In this document: positions 18,453 through 27,986 of the stretch, one piece after another | Layout of the letters: each line of letters starts with the position of its first letter | Position numbering within the stretch: position 1 is the first letter of the stretch | DNA from: Candidatus Aenigmatarchaeota archaeon | GTDB lineage: Archaea; Aenigmatarchaeota; Aenigmatarchaeia; PWEA01 | NCBI GenBank assembly: GCA_046539305.1 | Contig: JBKHHE010000005.1 | Coordinates: forward strand, 1-52,818 | Direction of reading: 5' to 3' | DNA: 52,818 bases | Translations under genes and position numbers: made by a program | Notes under the pieces: generated by a model | The model's input: only the letters and a program-made list of their open reading frames with translations | What the model was told of the DNA's origin: nothing | The model's database searches: none

Positions 18453-19000
18453 AGGCGGTAGTCTTTGATTTTTTTGTATACCGGACCTTCTGACTTCAGC
18501 TCACTTTCAAACAGCGTGACCTCCTCTACCATCATTTTCCCGAACTCCTTCCCCTCCCATTTTCTTATTTTTGACTGGATCCGGCCTTTGTTCCTCCCGC
18601 TTTTAACCCTTCCTACGGTTATATGTGGAACAGGTTTATTTTTCTCCTCTTCAAACCCCTCTTCGCCAAGCCTCCCATCAGTTCTTTTCATCAGCTGTCT
18701 GAACTTTTTCTTCCCTTGACCGGCGCCGATCCACAGCACCTTTATATAGTCCTTTGAGGGAAAGGCTCCGACACCTTTCAATTCTACCTTAAATGGTTGA
18801 AATTCCTCAAGAACCTCCTTCATAACGTCTATGTCTTTTATTCTACCTTGTTTGATTTCTCCAAGGAATTTTACCGTAAAATGGAGGTTTTCGTCCAACA
18901 CAGGCTTTATATCTGCATTGATTTTGGTGAACCCATCCTTCACTCTGGATACTTCAGGAATTAAAGACCCATCTAGTTTTGTTCCCAGAAAACACCTCAT
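18449..19000 (-). CDS. thpR: RNA 2',3'-cyclic phosphodiesterase (2H phosphoesterase)
   Basis: Two HxT motifs (HFT, HIT), MRCFLG N-terminus and SEL...GPVY. Confidence 0.92.
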   Translation of the reverse strand: MRCFLGTKLDGSLIPEVSRVKDGFTKINADIKPVLDENLHFTVKFLGEIKQGRIKDIDVMKEVLEEFQPFKVELKGVGAFPSKDYIKVLWIGAGQGKKKFRQLMKRTDGRLGEEGFEEEKNKPVPHITVGRVKSGRNKGRIQSKIRKWEGKEFGKMMVEEVTLFESELKSEGPVYKKIKDYRL

Positions 19001-19107
19001 ATTCCATCAATTTAAATTTTCCAGGGATATTTTATAAAACCACTGTAATAATATTATATAACTTCAGAAAATCCAGACCTTTGTTGAACGCTGTTCAGGG
19101 ATGAACT

Positions 19108-19422
19108 ATGCCAAAAGAAGGCTCAGAAGATGGACCAGATTTAGAGAAATTAGAATCACTTATTAAGACATTGAGGAAATATCCTGACGGTATTTGGCTT
19201 AGAAAGCTTTCTAGGGAGTCCTCTATAGCTCCGTCGACAGTACATTACTATTTAGAAGAAGTTGTAGATTCATTTGTCGAATCTAAGGGTGCGAAGGATG
19301 GAGAGGGCAAATACTTTGGAATAAGGCTCATAAAGTTGAAAGAAGGCATCAGAAATCAACTTGAATCAGGGAAACCAGTAGAATATCTCCTCAAAACTAG
19401 AGATATTCTCACAGATAGTTGA
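19108..19422 (+). CDS. Winged-HTH protein
   Basis: LRKYPDGIWLRKLSRESSIAPSTVHYYL HTH pattern. Confidence 0.65.
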   Translation: MPKEGSEDGPDLEKLESLIKTLRKYPDGIWLRKLSRESSIAPSTVHYYLEEVVDSFVESKGAKDGEGKYFGIRLIKLKEGIRNQLESGKPVEYLLKTRDILTDS

Positions 19423-19992
19423 GAGACAATCACCCTAAATTAACCCTCACATTATACACTATATCACACACTTTATCTCCGATAAGGGTCATATATCCCT
19501 CACATTTAACGGAATATACGCCGTTTTTACCCCTTACTTCAGTTAACCTCCCTCAAATTCTCACATTTATTCCGGAAAACCGATGATCTCTGGTTCTGGA
19601 ACACTCACATTTCCCAATAATATCGAAAAATTTACTCAAAATAGGGCTTACTTCAGGTTTTAGTCTGCTCTCAACCCCCATAGAAAGACGGTTATCTTCA
19701 TATTTGCCCATATGAATGGATATTTACTTAATGTGAAGAGAATGTGTGCCTGACGTGAATGTAATTTATGGTTAACGTTAAATTAATCAAACATTCACAA
19801 ACCCTTAACGTCATTAATATAGGTTAAATATTTGTAACGTTACATTCACATGAATTAAATTTTTAAACGTGAAGTAATTTAAAGTGAAAGTGAAACATCT
19901 ATTAAACTTAACGTTTAAATATTAAACACACAAAGGTTTAATATCAAATTCACGTAATATTCACAAGAAATCAAAGATTCCATGAAGGAGTC
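19423..19992. promoter_or_regulatory. 570-bp AT-rich intergenic region with short iterated motifs
   Basis: CTCACATT at 19446, 19499, 19560 and 19604; palindromes TTAACGTTAA (19772) and TGTAACGTTACA (19833); many TCAC/GTGA half-sites. Confidence 0.55.
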
Positions 19993-21078
19993 GTGAATAT
20001 TTTGTTAAACAATTATGAAGTAAAGATAAACGACTGGTTTGAAGAAGCGGACCTTGAGGGAAATCCTTTCACTTTAAATATAGACCCCTCGCTTTTTGTG
20101 GGTTACGAGGAAGCTCTCAAGAAACTGAGCTTACATATCCAGGAGGGCCGAAAGTTTGCCCTTGTTTCCGGGGCCACAGGATCCGGTAAAACCACGCTCT
20201 TAAAGCTTCTTGAAAAGGAATTCTCCGGAAGCCACGAGATTCTCTACCTTTCCAAACCTCCCGAATACGATGAAATGGTCGACGTCTTTACGGAAAAGGT
20301 TAGGCCGTCGTTTTTTCAAAGACTGTTTGGTTTTAATGTGAGTGTTCACGAGCTTTCAGGTTATCTAAATGAAAAGTTAAAGGAAACCCTCCTCCTTCTC
20401 GTGGATGAAGTGCATGAAGCCGACGTGAAGGTGTTACAGTGGCTGAGAACGATAACGGACCAGGTCGATGAAATACAGCTGATACTTGCCGGTTTGCCCT
20501 CCATCGAGGATAAACTGAAAGGGAATGTCGAGACCTTGCAGAGCAGGATAACAACCAAAGTAGAGCTGACTACCCTTACCGAGGAAGAAACCCGTGATCT
20601 GATAGAGAGGAGGATAGAAAGATGGGGCGGCGAGGATCTGGGCCCCTTCACGGAAGGCTGCGTAAAGCAAATTTACGATAGGACGGGGGGGTTCCCAAGG
20701 GAGGTCCTCAAGGTCTGTGATAAACTGATAAACCGGGCAATTGAAAAAGACGAAAAGAAGATAGATGAGGTCGGTGGCCTGGAAGGTGAGGACAAAGGCG
20801 AGAGGGACAAAAGAAGGGGAAAGGACCTTTTGAAGGAGCTTCCATACAAGCAGAGGGAGATAGTAAAGATACTTTCGGAGGAAGACGAACTCTTCCCCTC
20901 AGAAATAGCCGAGAAGCTGGGTACGGATAGCTACAAGACCAAACAACACGCCGTAAGGTCCGTGAACAATATTCTAAGGAGACTTCTCAAGGAAGATATA
21001 CTCAAGAGAGAGAAGAAGGGAAAGGGATACATCTACTCCTTGGACATTAAGACAAAAAATTTATTAGTGGACACGTAG
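19993..21078 (+). CDS. ExeA-like AAA ATPase with C-terminal winged-HTH
   Basis: NPF, Walker A GATGSGKTT, Walker B VDEVH, LILAG.P, TGGFPRE and a C-terminal wHTH (SEIAEKL...LRRL...REKKGKGYIYS). Confidence 0.8.
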   Translation: MNILLNNYEVKINDWFEEADLEGNPFTLNIDPSLFVGYEEALKKLSLHIQEGRKFALVSGATGSGKTTLLKLLEKEFSGSHEILYLSKPPEYDEMVDVFTEKVRPSFFQRLFGFNVSVHELSGYLNEKLKETLLLLVDEVHEADVKVLQWLRTITDQVDEIQLILAGLPSIEDKLKGNVETLQSRITTKVELTTLTEEETRDLIERRIERWGGEDLGPFTEGCVKQIYDRTGGFPREVLKVCDKLINRAIEKDEKKIDEVGGLEGEDKGERDKRRGKDLLKELPYKQREIVKILSEEDELFPSEIAEKLGTDSYKTKQHAVRSVNNILRRLLKEDILKREKKGKGYIYSLDIKTKNLLVDT

Positions 21079-21091
21079 TATATTCTACCTG

Positions 21092-21769
21092 ATGATTCTT
21101 TTAGAAGCTCTATTGGGATGTTCTATAGTTGCGTTGATTTCCTGGAAGGTAGATATTCTTTCGGCTCCTGCCAGCATTATAGCTTTTCTTATGGGCGCGG
21201 GAATATGGACCCTTAACGGGTCTCAGGGGCTGTTCTGGGTGCTGCTCCTCTTGATCTTTATGGGCATTGGTTACCTAGGGACCAAGTGGAAAATTGGTCT
21301 GAAAAAAGATATGAATGTGGAGGAGTCCAATACCGGCAGAAGGGACCTTAAAAACATACTTGGGAACGGAGTTTCACCCACCTTTTTCGCAGTACTATCT
21401 AACCCCTTGGCATTTTCTGGTGCCGTATCCACTGCGATGGCTGATACCTTGGCATCTGAGATAGGGGTAACTTCGGATAAAGCCTGGCTCATAACAACCC
21501 GGGAAAGAGTTGTTCCAGGGACCGAAGGGGCGATATCACTCCTTGGAACCCTCTCTTCTCTTCTGGGTTCGGGAACCATAGCTATCCTCTCCTATTTTAT
21601 ATTCGGGGTAAATCCTCTGGCAACTTTCCTGGCCGGTTTCCTTGGCTGTCAGATAGATTCCATTCTTGGCGCTCTCTTTGAAAGGGACGGTAGCCTGACC
21701 AAGTCCCAGGTAAACCTCATAGCGACCTTTTCCGGAGGGCTTTTGGCTATGTTAATAGTCTTCTTGTGA
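21092..21769 (+). CDS. DUF92 (TIGR00297) membrane protein
   Basis: R...NILGNG, ADTLASEIG, PGTEGAIS.LG, DSILGA..E, VN. Confidence 0.9.
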   Translation: MILLEALLGCSIVALISWKVDILSAPASIIAFLMGAGIWTLNGSQGLFWVLLLLIFMGIGYLGTKWKIGLKKDMNVEESNTGRRDLKNILGNGVSPTFFAVLSNPLAFSGAVSTAMADTLASEIGVTSDKAWLITTRERVVPGTEGAISLLGTLSSLLGSGTIAILSYFIFGVNPLATFLAGFLGCQIDSILGALFERDGSLTKSQVNLIATFSGGLLAMLIVFL

Positions 21770-21822
21770 AGCCTTACTCTAAATTTTAAATAAGGCGGGA
21801 AATAATATTAAATGGTGATAAC

Positions 21823-22080
21823 ATGGCAGACATTAGAGGAAAAAAGCTTATGGGCAAGGTAGTGGTTTCTGAAGAAGCCGGCAAAAAGTTTGGATCGGTC
21901 GGCGACGTTTCTTTCATAACCGAGTCGGGTGAACTTATGAATATCGTCCTGACGGACCCGACGAAACATGTCTCTGAACTTCAAGTAGAAATGGACGACC
22001 GGGGCAGGCATCTAATTCCTTTCTCGGCAATAAATTCAGTTGGAGACTTCGTCATAGTGTCCGAGAAAGATATAATTTAG
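21823..22080 (+). CDS. PRC-barrel protein (CdpB-like cell-division candidate)
   Basis: LMGKVVV...G..FG.V.DV....SGEL and LIPFSAI.SVGDFVIV. Confidence 0.8.
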   Translation: MADIRGKKLMGKVVVSEEAGKKFGSVGDVSFITESGELMNIVLTDPTKHVSELQVEMDDRGRHLIPFSAINSVGDFVIVSEKDII

Positions 22081-22092
22081 AGATCGTGTCCA

Positions 22093-23037
22093 CTACTTGT
22101 CAACTATGCCCCTTTCGGTTATCTTGAAGGGCGCTTCACCTTCGGGCTTGTAGGGACTGTCAACAAGCTTGCAAATCCTGGTTTCTCCCTTCCCCTTCCT
22201 AAGGTATAGTCTGAAAGAGGCGGCATGGTGGAGTATATGTCCACCAATAGCCTTGGTGGGGTCTCCGAAAAGGACATCGGGTTTAGACATTACCTGATTG
22301 GAAACGAAGATAGCGACGTTGTGAACCTCGGCCAGTCTCTGAAGGTCGTGAAGATGTCTATTCAGCTTCTGCTGCCTTTCCGCAAGATCTCCTCTACCGG
22401 TGTAATCGGCCCTGAACTGTCCTGTAAGGGAATCCACCACTACAAGCCCGATATCGTTCTCTTCAAGTATTTCATCTGCCTCGTTCGTGAGCACCATCTG
22501 ATGATCGGAGTTATAGGCCCTTGCGACGTATATATTATCCAGAACCTCCTCGGGATCCATGTCCCGGGTTTCGGCTATTTCCTTGATCCTTTCAGGCCTG
22601 AAGGTATTTTCGGTATCTATAAAAACACAACCACCATCAAGACCACCATCTTCCCCACTCATTTGCACATTAACAGCTAACTGAAATGCAAGCTGGGTTT
22701 TACCGGAGCCGTAGCTTCCATAAGCCTCGGTGAGAGTCTGTGTTTCCACGCCACCACCTATCAGCTCGTCTATCTCCTCTGAGCCGGTAGTGATCTTCCT
22801 GGCCTCGTCCCTTTTCTCCCAGACCTCCGTCGCTGTATCAAAGCCCATATCCAGTTCCTTCCTCGCCGCGCCTATTATTTTCTCTGCGGTTGATTCCCCA
22901 ATAGAAGTTTTCCCCGATATCTCTCCAGAGGAAGCTGCGGCTATGGACATCAGGTCCTTGTAGCCCTCTTCTTCAAGCTTTTCTGCAGTTTTCTTACCCA
23001 CACCGGGCAAGCCTTTGAGTTCAGTTTCTTCCGGCAT
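22093..23037 (-). CDS. radA: DNA repair and recombination protein RadA
   Basis: Hh[41 protein letters not shown]. Confidence 0.97.
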   Translation of the reverse strand: MPEETELKGLPGVGKKTAEKLEEEGYKDLMSIAAASSGEISGKTSIGESTAEKIIGAARKELDMGFDTATEVWEKRDEARKITTGSEEIDELIGGGVETQTLTEAYGSYGSGKTQLAFQLAVNVQMSGEDGGLDGGCVFIDTENTFRPERIKEIAETRDMDPEEVLDNIYVARAYNSDHQMVLTNEADEILEENDIGLVVVDSLTGQFRADYTGRGDLAERQQKLNRHLHDLQRLAEVHNVAIFVSNQVMSKPDVLFGDPTKAIGGHILHHAASFRLYLRKGKGETRICKLVDSPYKPEGEAPFKITERGIVDK

Positions 23038-23077
23038 TTGACCAACAAAGAACTTTCCGTTTCCAATTTTAAATACT

Positions 23078-24073
23078 TTATATAGCTTCAAGAACTTTCT
23101 CCGTCTCCTCCTTTAAGTCCACCTCCTCTATTGAATTGGCTATGAACTCCGGCCGCCCAAAAAAATCATTCATCTTCACGCGCCCCTGAAGCAGGACCTC
23201 GTCGCCCATCCTTTCCTTGCATTTTTCTGTGAATTCCTCCATAGAACTTCCCTCATCGGTCATTTCCCAGGCATCTTCCGTGTCGACGTCCACAAGCTCT
23301 TCCACCTCTTCACCAAAGAATACCGTCCGTATGGATTCCGTTCCATCGTCGACCACGGCCGAAAGGGCCATATTTACCTCGAAGTCTCCGTGTTCTTCAC
23401 ACTCTTCCTCCACCCTCTTATCACATTCCGGACATGTCTTGAAGAACGGACTGTCAGCAAAGACGTTAACGATTGTTCCCCTTATTTCGCATCTGGCCCC
23501 TGGGGAAAGGTCTTCAATTTTCATCCTCCCCTGACCTTTGTTGGCAGCTCCTGTGGTCTTGACTTCCACATCGATCTTCTCATCCGATTCTTTTACCTTT
23601 CCTGATCTTCCAAGCCTGAGTTCAGGCTCGTCTCTGTTGTCTTCAGTCACGTATCCGTTTTCCACCTTTATCGTGTCACCGACCTCTACCTTCTCCTCCT
23701 CTATCAACCTTTCTACTTCCTCGTTCCACAGTGAGAACCGGACGCTTCCTGTTTCATCTCTAAGTATCAGGTTCGCAACTTTGCCCTTGCCGTCCTCCGT
23801 TTCAAACTCCCTGGGTTCAAATATCCTCTCGACCTTTCCTGTGACGGTAGCGCTGTTCATCCCGGGGACGATATTCTCTATGTCAAGCGAGCCCCCCTCC
23901 CTGTCTGTAAGTTCTATACCCGCCTCCTTTGCCACTATATGGGCGGCACCTTCTTTAGAAATAAGGCCGCTGTATTCCTCCTCCTTTGCCTCCACCATTT
24001 CCATTACTTCATCTAACTCCAGGTCCTCCTTCTCTCCTATCTTCTCAGCTAACTCCTTGACTTCTTCCTTCAT
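23078..24073 (-). CDS. rpa: Replication protein A (OB folds + Zn finger)
   Basis: GKVANL.L.DETG..R.SLW, CPEC...CEEH and VDDGT..IR. Confidence 0.85.
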   Translation of the reverse strand: MKEEVKELAEKIGEKEDLELDEVMEMVEAKEEEYSGLISKEGAAHIVAKEAGIELTDREGGSLDIENIVPGMNSATVTGKVERIFEPREFETEDGKGKVANLILRDETGSVRFSLWNEEVERLIEEEKVEVGDTIKVENGYVTEDNRDEPELRLGRSGKVKESDEKIDVEVKTTGAANKGQGRMKIEDLSPGARCEIRGTIVNVFADSPFFKTCPECDKRVEEECEEHGDFEVNMALSAVVDDGTESIRTVFFGEEVEELVDVDTEDAWEMTDEGSSMEEFTEKCKERMGDEVLLQGRVKMNDFFGRPEFIANSIEEVDLKEETEKVLEAI

Positions 24074-24094
24074 AAAACCACGGCTAAAAAGAAT

Positions 24095-24304
24095 CTAGAA
24101 GCCTTTCCTACTCGCGAGCCTGACGTCTTCTCCCTTCACAGTCTTCCTGCCCGCATGTTCGGCCAGGGCGGCCGATTCTGCAGCCAAGTCACCAGCAATC
24201 TCCTCTATAACTTCGGAAAACTCCTTCACGGCTTCCTCAGAAACTCTTTTCGCTCCCTGACTTCTAATAATCCTATCAACCGGAGCTAAAGGTATTTCCC
24301 CCAT
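24095..24304 (-). CDS. Archaeal histone
   Basis: MGEIPLAPVDRIIR..GA.RVS...A.HAGRKTVK.EDV.LA. Confidence 0.95.
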   Translation of the reverse strand: MGEIPLAPVDRIIRSQGAKRVSEEAVKEFSEVIEEIAGDLAAESAALAEHAGRKTVKGEDVRLASRKGF

Positions 24305-24400
24305 TTTAAACACCACAGAGAAAAGAGGATCTCACGTATTTAAAATTTATCCAAGAATAGAGCGTTAACGCTTTTATTTTTATTTCACCCATTACTATCT

Positions 24401-25423
24401 ATGTCGGAAAAATTGCTTGTTCTCTGCGTGGACAGAGACGACGACGTTGGCAGAAAGACGGATATGGAAGGCCCCGTGGTAGGCAGAGAGAAAAATCTGG
24501 AACTTGCAGAAAGCCTGGCCCTTTCCGATCCCGAGGACTCCGACCCCAATGCAATCTTTGAGTCCATCAAGATATATGATAGCAAGGAAAATGCGGAGAT
24601 AGCTACTATAACAGGCGATTCTCATGTGGGGGTAGAGAGCGATGAGAGGCTTGCAGAGCAACTTGAGAAAGTTCTCGAGGAGACGGGCACCGATAAGGTA
24701 ATACTTGTTGTGGATGGCACGGAAGACGAGCAGATACTCCCGATAGTTCAAAGCCACGCGGATATAGTTTCCATAAGGAGAGTTATAATGAAACAGAGCG
24801 AAAGGCTCGAGGGCATGTACTACCAGATAAATGAGTTTTTCAAGGAAATTGTCTCGGATCCCAAGATGGGCAAAATAATTTTGGGTATACCTGCCATTTT
24901 CCTTATATTTTACGCCCTTCTTGGAACTAGGGGATGGAGGATAACTTTAGGTGTACTGGGGACGTATCTCTTGGTCAAGGGTTTCCACCTCGAGGATCCT
25001 ATAAGGTCTGCCTACGAGGAGGTTCAGACATCCTTCACCGCCAGAAGAGTCACATTCTTCTTTTACGTTGTCTCTCTGGCAATCGCAGCTATAGCTATTA
25101 ACAACGGATATACCGCTATGCAGATGGAGCCAACCCCGGATTTAATCGAGTCCAGTGCAGCGTTTTTAAGAGGATCCATTTATCTTTTCTTCCTCTCCTT
25201 CCTCGTTTCAATAGTAGGAAGGTCTGTGCACATCCTTCCCGACAAAAACAAAATACTTAGACATTGCACCTACACCGCCTTCTTCCTGGGGTTTACGGTT
25301 GTGGCTTCCGAGGCCAGTAGAGTAATCCTCAGCCCGGAGGCTGGAATGGGGCGCTTCGCGGCATCTATCGTGTTTGGCCTGGTCATCGTCTCCATAACTC
25401 TCACATTAGAAAAAACTTCTTAG
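24401..25423 (+). CDS. DUF373 family membrane protein
   Basis: LVLCVDRDDD, DPEDSD.N, DG.EDE, Q...LE..Y and C-terminal TM helices. Confidence 0.9.
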   Translation: MSEKLLVLCVDRDDDVGRKTDMEGPVVGREKNLELAESLALSDPEDSDPNAIFESIKIYDSKENAEIATITGDSHVGVESDERLAEQLEKVLEETGTDKVILVVDGTEDEQILPIVQSHADIVSIRRVIMKQSERLEGMYYQINEFFKEIVSDPKMGKIILGIPAIFLIFYALLGTRGWRITLGVLGTYLLVKGFHLEDPIRSAYEEVQTSFTARRVTFFFYVVSLAIAAIAINNGYTAMQMEPTPDLIESSAAFLRGSIYLFFLSFLVSIVGRSVHILPDKNKILRHCTYTAFFLGFTVVASEASRVILSPEAGMGRFAASIVFGLVIVSITLTLEKTS

Positions 25424-25427
25424 TCGT

Positions 25428-25568
25428 ATAAAAAATATTTTATAGAATATATTTATTTATATATATTTTATAAAAGATATTTTATATCAAATTTATAATA
25501 AAATATATAAAATAAAACATTTTAAGTATAATATATGTTCTAAAAAATTGGATTAGATATTTAAATAC
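25428..25568. other. Extremely AT-rich tract 1
   Basis: Almost pure A/T with repeated ATTTTATA, against a roughly balanced-GC coding background. Confidence 0.8.
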
Positions 25569-25614
25569 TCCGAAAATTAATAGTGTACAGGTGTGGGAAG
25601 TGACTTCTAAGGAC

Positions 25615-25941
25615 ATGTTCAAGAAACTGTTCTTGCAGGAGAAGCCGGCAGAGATGCTTGTTTTTCTAAAGCAAGGGGACGACCCCAACTACGCGACCGA
25701 GGTAAGCAAGGGGATCGACTGCACATATTCACACACAATCAAAGTTTTAGACCAGTTTGAGGAGCTTGACCTCGTGGAATTCACCAAGGAAGGGAGGGTA
25801 AAGCTTATAGAGCTGACCGATGATGGGGAGGAAATAGCGCACGATCTTGAAGGTCTGGTTAGAAAGTTTGAGAGAAAGATCGAAGAGGAAGAGGAAGAAG
25901 ATGAGCCTGAAGAAGAGTCCGAAGAAGAAGAGGAAGAGTGA
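25615..25941 (+). CDS. MarR-like winged-HTH DNA-binding protein with acidic tail
   Basis: FLQEKP..ML, YATEVSK.IDCTYSHT.K.L, GR.K.I.LT..G. Start could be an upstream GTG. Confidence 0.8.
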   Translation: MFKKLFLQEKPAEMLVFLKQGDDPNYATEVSKGIDCTYSHTIKVLDQFEELDLVEFTKEGRVKLIELTDDGEEIAHDLEGLVRKFERKIEEEEEEDEPEEESEEEEEE

Positions 25942-26114
25942 TTTCCTTTGCACAACGGTTTGATAAACTAGACCATCGAGAGTCCGGTTTTAGGGTATAT
26001 TTTCGTCGGTTCCCTTGGGGGCTCAATCCATATTTCTTTTCTCAATAACGATATGTTGTAAACTTTTATTTACTAGGGAGTTAATATTTATAACGAAACG
26101 TTGTGCAAAAGAAA
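25942..26114. repeat. 19-bp imperfect inverted repeats bracketing the intergenic region
   Basis: TTTCCTTTGCACAACGGTT (25942-25960) versus AAACGTTGTGCAAAAGAAA (26096-26114): 17/19 complementary with an exact 11-bp core. Confidence 0.7.
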
Positions 26115-26137
26115 ATCTAAAAAAGCAAGGTGATTTC

Positions 26138-26611
26138 ATGTCCAAAGGAAACGAAAAGCCTGTTCCTGTCAAGGGTGAAACTCTGAAGAGCAAGGAGAGT
26201 CTGTATTTCCCCTCAGTCCAGAGCGATAAATGGCCGGCCATAGACGAGGACATACGATGGGACCTTGAGGACGTAATAAACCACATCTTCCCAAAGGAGT
26301 ACCAGGAAAGGAGCAACGAATACGCCACGGAACTTGTCGATTTTATTCTCTCAAACCCAGATGGTGTGGACAAGGATATGCTCTCCGATTTCCTTGAAAA
26401 GAAGGGAATTCCCACATCCACGGCGTACAATGTGGTCATACCAAAACTAGTAAAATTCGGGGTCCTGCAGAGGGAAAGAGAGGCCGTGGAATCGGATCCT
26501 GGGAGGGGGTGGTTCATGGTCCTCAAGCCTTCGAAGTCCCTTTCCTCGCACCTAGAGAAGCTGGCAAAGGAGTGGAACAGCATATATAAAACTGCACTGA
26601 AAAACAAGTAA
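26138..26611 (+). CDS. Hypothetical protein with probable winged-HTH
   Basis: GIPTSTAYNVVIPKLVKFGVLQRER resembles a recognition helix plus wing. GGTGA SD precedes ATG 26138. Confidence 0.65.
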   Translation: MSKGNEKPVPVKGETLKSKESLYFPSVQSDKWPAIDEDIRWDLEDVINHIFPKEYQERSNEYATELVDFILSNPDGVDKDMLSDFLEKKGIPTSTAYNVVIPKLVKFGVLQREREAVESDPGRGWFMVLKPSKSLSSHLEKLAKEWNSIYKTALKNK

Positions 26612-26883
26612 TTTAATAAATATTTTGGAAGAAATTTCCAGGAAAAGACATTTTATAAAGTATATAATGTTAAGTATATTTAAAAAGAAATTTTATATAA
26701 AAAATATATTTAAAAATATGTTATATAGTAAATACTTACAAAACTCACGAAAATGTGAGAGTTAGTGGTAATTCTCACGGCATTTTGAATGGCTTAAACT
26801 GGGAATAAAGCTCTAAAAAGGAATAAAACAGTATAATATAAGTTTAAATAGATTTAAATTAAAAATAAAAGATTTAGAGAGGT
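26612..26883. other. Extremely AT-rich tract 2 between convergent genes
   Basis: About 270 bp, mostly A/T, with CTCAC/GTGAG inverted elements at 26744-26778. Shares AGTATAATATA with tract 1. Confidence 0.75.
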
Positions 26884-27318
26884 TTAACCTATGTATCGAG
26901 CACTATCAGACTTTTTCTTCGCTTTTGGGAACCTTATCGGCGGGGGAATCTGAAGAGACTCTGATATATCCACTGCTTTAGTCAGGGACTTTCTCATTAT
27001 ACTGTTTATTGTAGGAATTACTATTTCATCGGGGAGCTCCTTGTTTTCCTCCCAGTTTTCAAGTATTTCCTGGGGGTCATCCGTCAGAAAAAGCACTTCA
27101 CCGCCTATGTTTACCTCTGCAACAGCTTTGTCTTCATCTTCCTTTCCGTACTCGCAGGAGTACTCGAAGTCTATAGAAAGGGCTTCCTTTCCCAAGCTGC
27201 CTACGGTCTTCACTTCAACGTCCTTGATTTTCGGAGTGTTGTTGACTTTCAGATTTCCGCTGACTTTCTCTTCCCTTTCCGCGCTGATCGTCCTAAGGTT
27301 GACACCTACTACCGGCAT
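26884..27318 (-). CDS. Conserved archaeal hypothetical protein (possibly SecB-like fold)
   Basis: MPVVGVN...I.AER, F.Y...Y, I.GEV, LPPP-like C-terminus; GGAGGTG SD. Confidence 0.7.
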   Translation of the reverse strand: MPVVGVNLRTISAEREEKVSGNLKVNNTPKIKDVEVKTVGSLGKEALSIDFEYSCEYGKEDEDKAVAEVNIGGEVLFLTDDPQEILENWEENKELPDEIVIPTINSIMRKSLTKAVDISESLQIPPPIRFPKAKKKSDSARYIG

Positions 27319-27403
27319 ATTAACACCTCCTTGAAACAAAAAACCTTTTTACCTTGAAGTTTATAAAAGTGAGTTTCAACTAAACATAGGCAGAAAGAAA
27401 CAG

Positions 27404-27492
27404 AGCCCCGTAGTCTAGCGGTCAAATTATGAGGCCAAGGATGTGAGGTTCTGGACCTCATGGCCCAGGTTCGAATCCTGGCGGGGCTACCA
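27404..27492 (+). tRNA. tRNA-Gln(CTG) with 13-nt intron in the D-arm (about 27426-27438)
   Basis: Acceptor AGCCCCG/CGGGGCT, anticodon arm TGAGG-TTCTGGA-CCTCA, T-arm CCAGG-TTCGAAT-CCTGG, encoded CCA, extra 13 nt in the D-loop. Confidence 0.9.
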
Positions 27493-27506
27493 TTCAACGT
27501 GATTTT

Positions 27507-27986
27507 ATGAGGGTCGAAGTAACTAAGCAGCAGTTGGGAGCTATCCTAGTAGCTCTTCTTTTCGGGGGCTCGGGAGTGGCATATGCAATAACCGCCGCCC
27601 TTCCCGGGGACAGTGGAGGCGAAAATCCTTTGGCCCAAGCCCGTCTGGAGGTAGAGATATGTGGAGACCCGCAGGAACTTCCTGAGGTGGAGACTGAGCT
27701 GTCCCAAGGCCAGCTGACTTTTGATGGAGAAAGCTTGATAGAGTTCCCGGGGGATAGTGGTGTAACTCTTGGTCACGTCTTCGATGCAATGAACAGGACC
27801 TTCACAGAAACGGAGCTAATGGGCTACAAGAACGACAATATGTGCAACACCTCCTACAGCAATGAGGTCAGCGTATCTAGGGGAAGGTTCCTGGAAGGAA
27901 GAGAAGAAGAACCGGTCAGGTCAATAGATCAGTACGAAAACTACCAACTAAGACATGGAGACTACATAATAATTAGGTACGACTGA
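27507..27986 (+). CDS. Exported or membrane-anchored hypothetical protein
   Basis: N-terminal hydrophobic helix, two Cys, C-terminal Y....GD.I.I.Y. Confidence 0.65.
   Translation: MRVEVTKQQLGAILVALLFGGSGVAYAITAALPGDSGGENPLAQARLEVEICGDPQELPEVETELSQGQLTFDGESLIEFPGDSGVTLGHVFDAMNRTFTETELMGYKNDNMCNTSYSNEVSVSRGRFLEGREEEPVRSIDQYENYQLRHGDYIIIRYD

Noticed and set aside
19553-19711. 52-aa minus-strand ORF in the AT-rich region
   Set aside because: Composition is unlike the acidic proteome and there is no SD or recognisable motif.
25540-25575. Possible dif site in AT tract 1
   Set aside because: No 11-6-11 inverted-arm structure could be fitted and no Xer gene is nearby.
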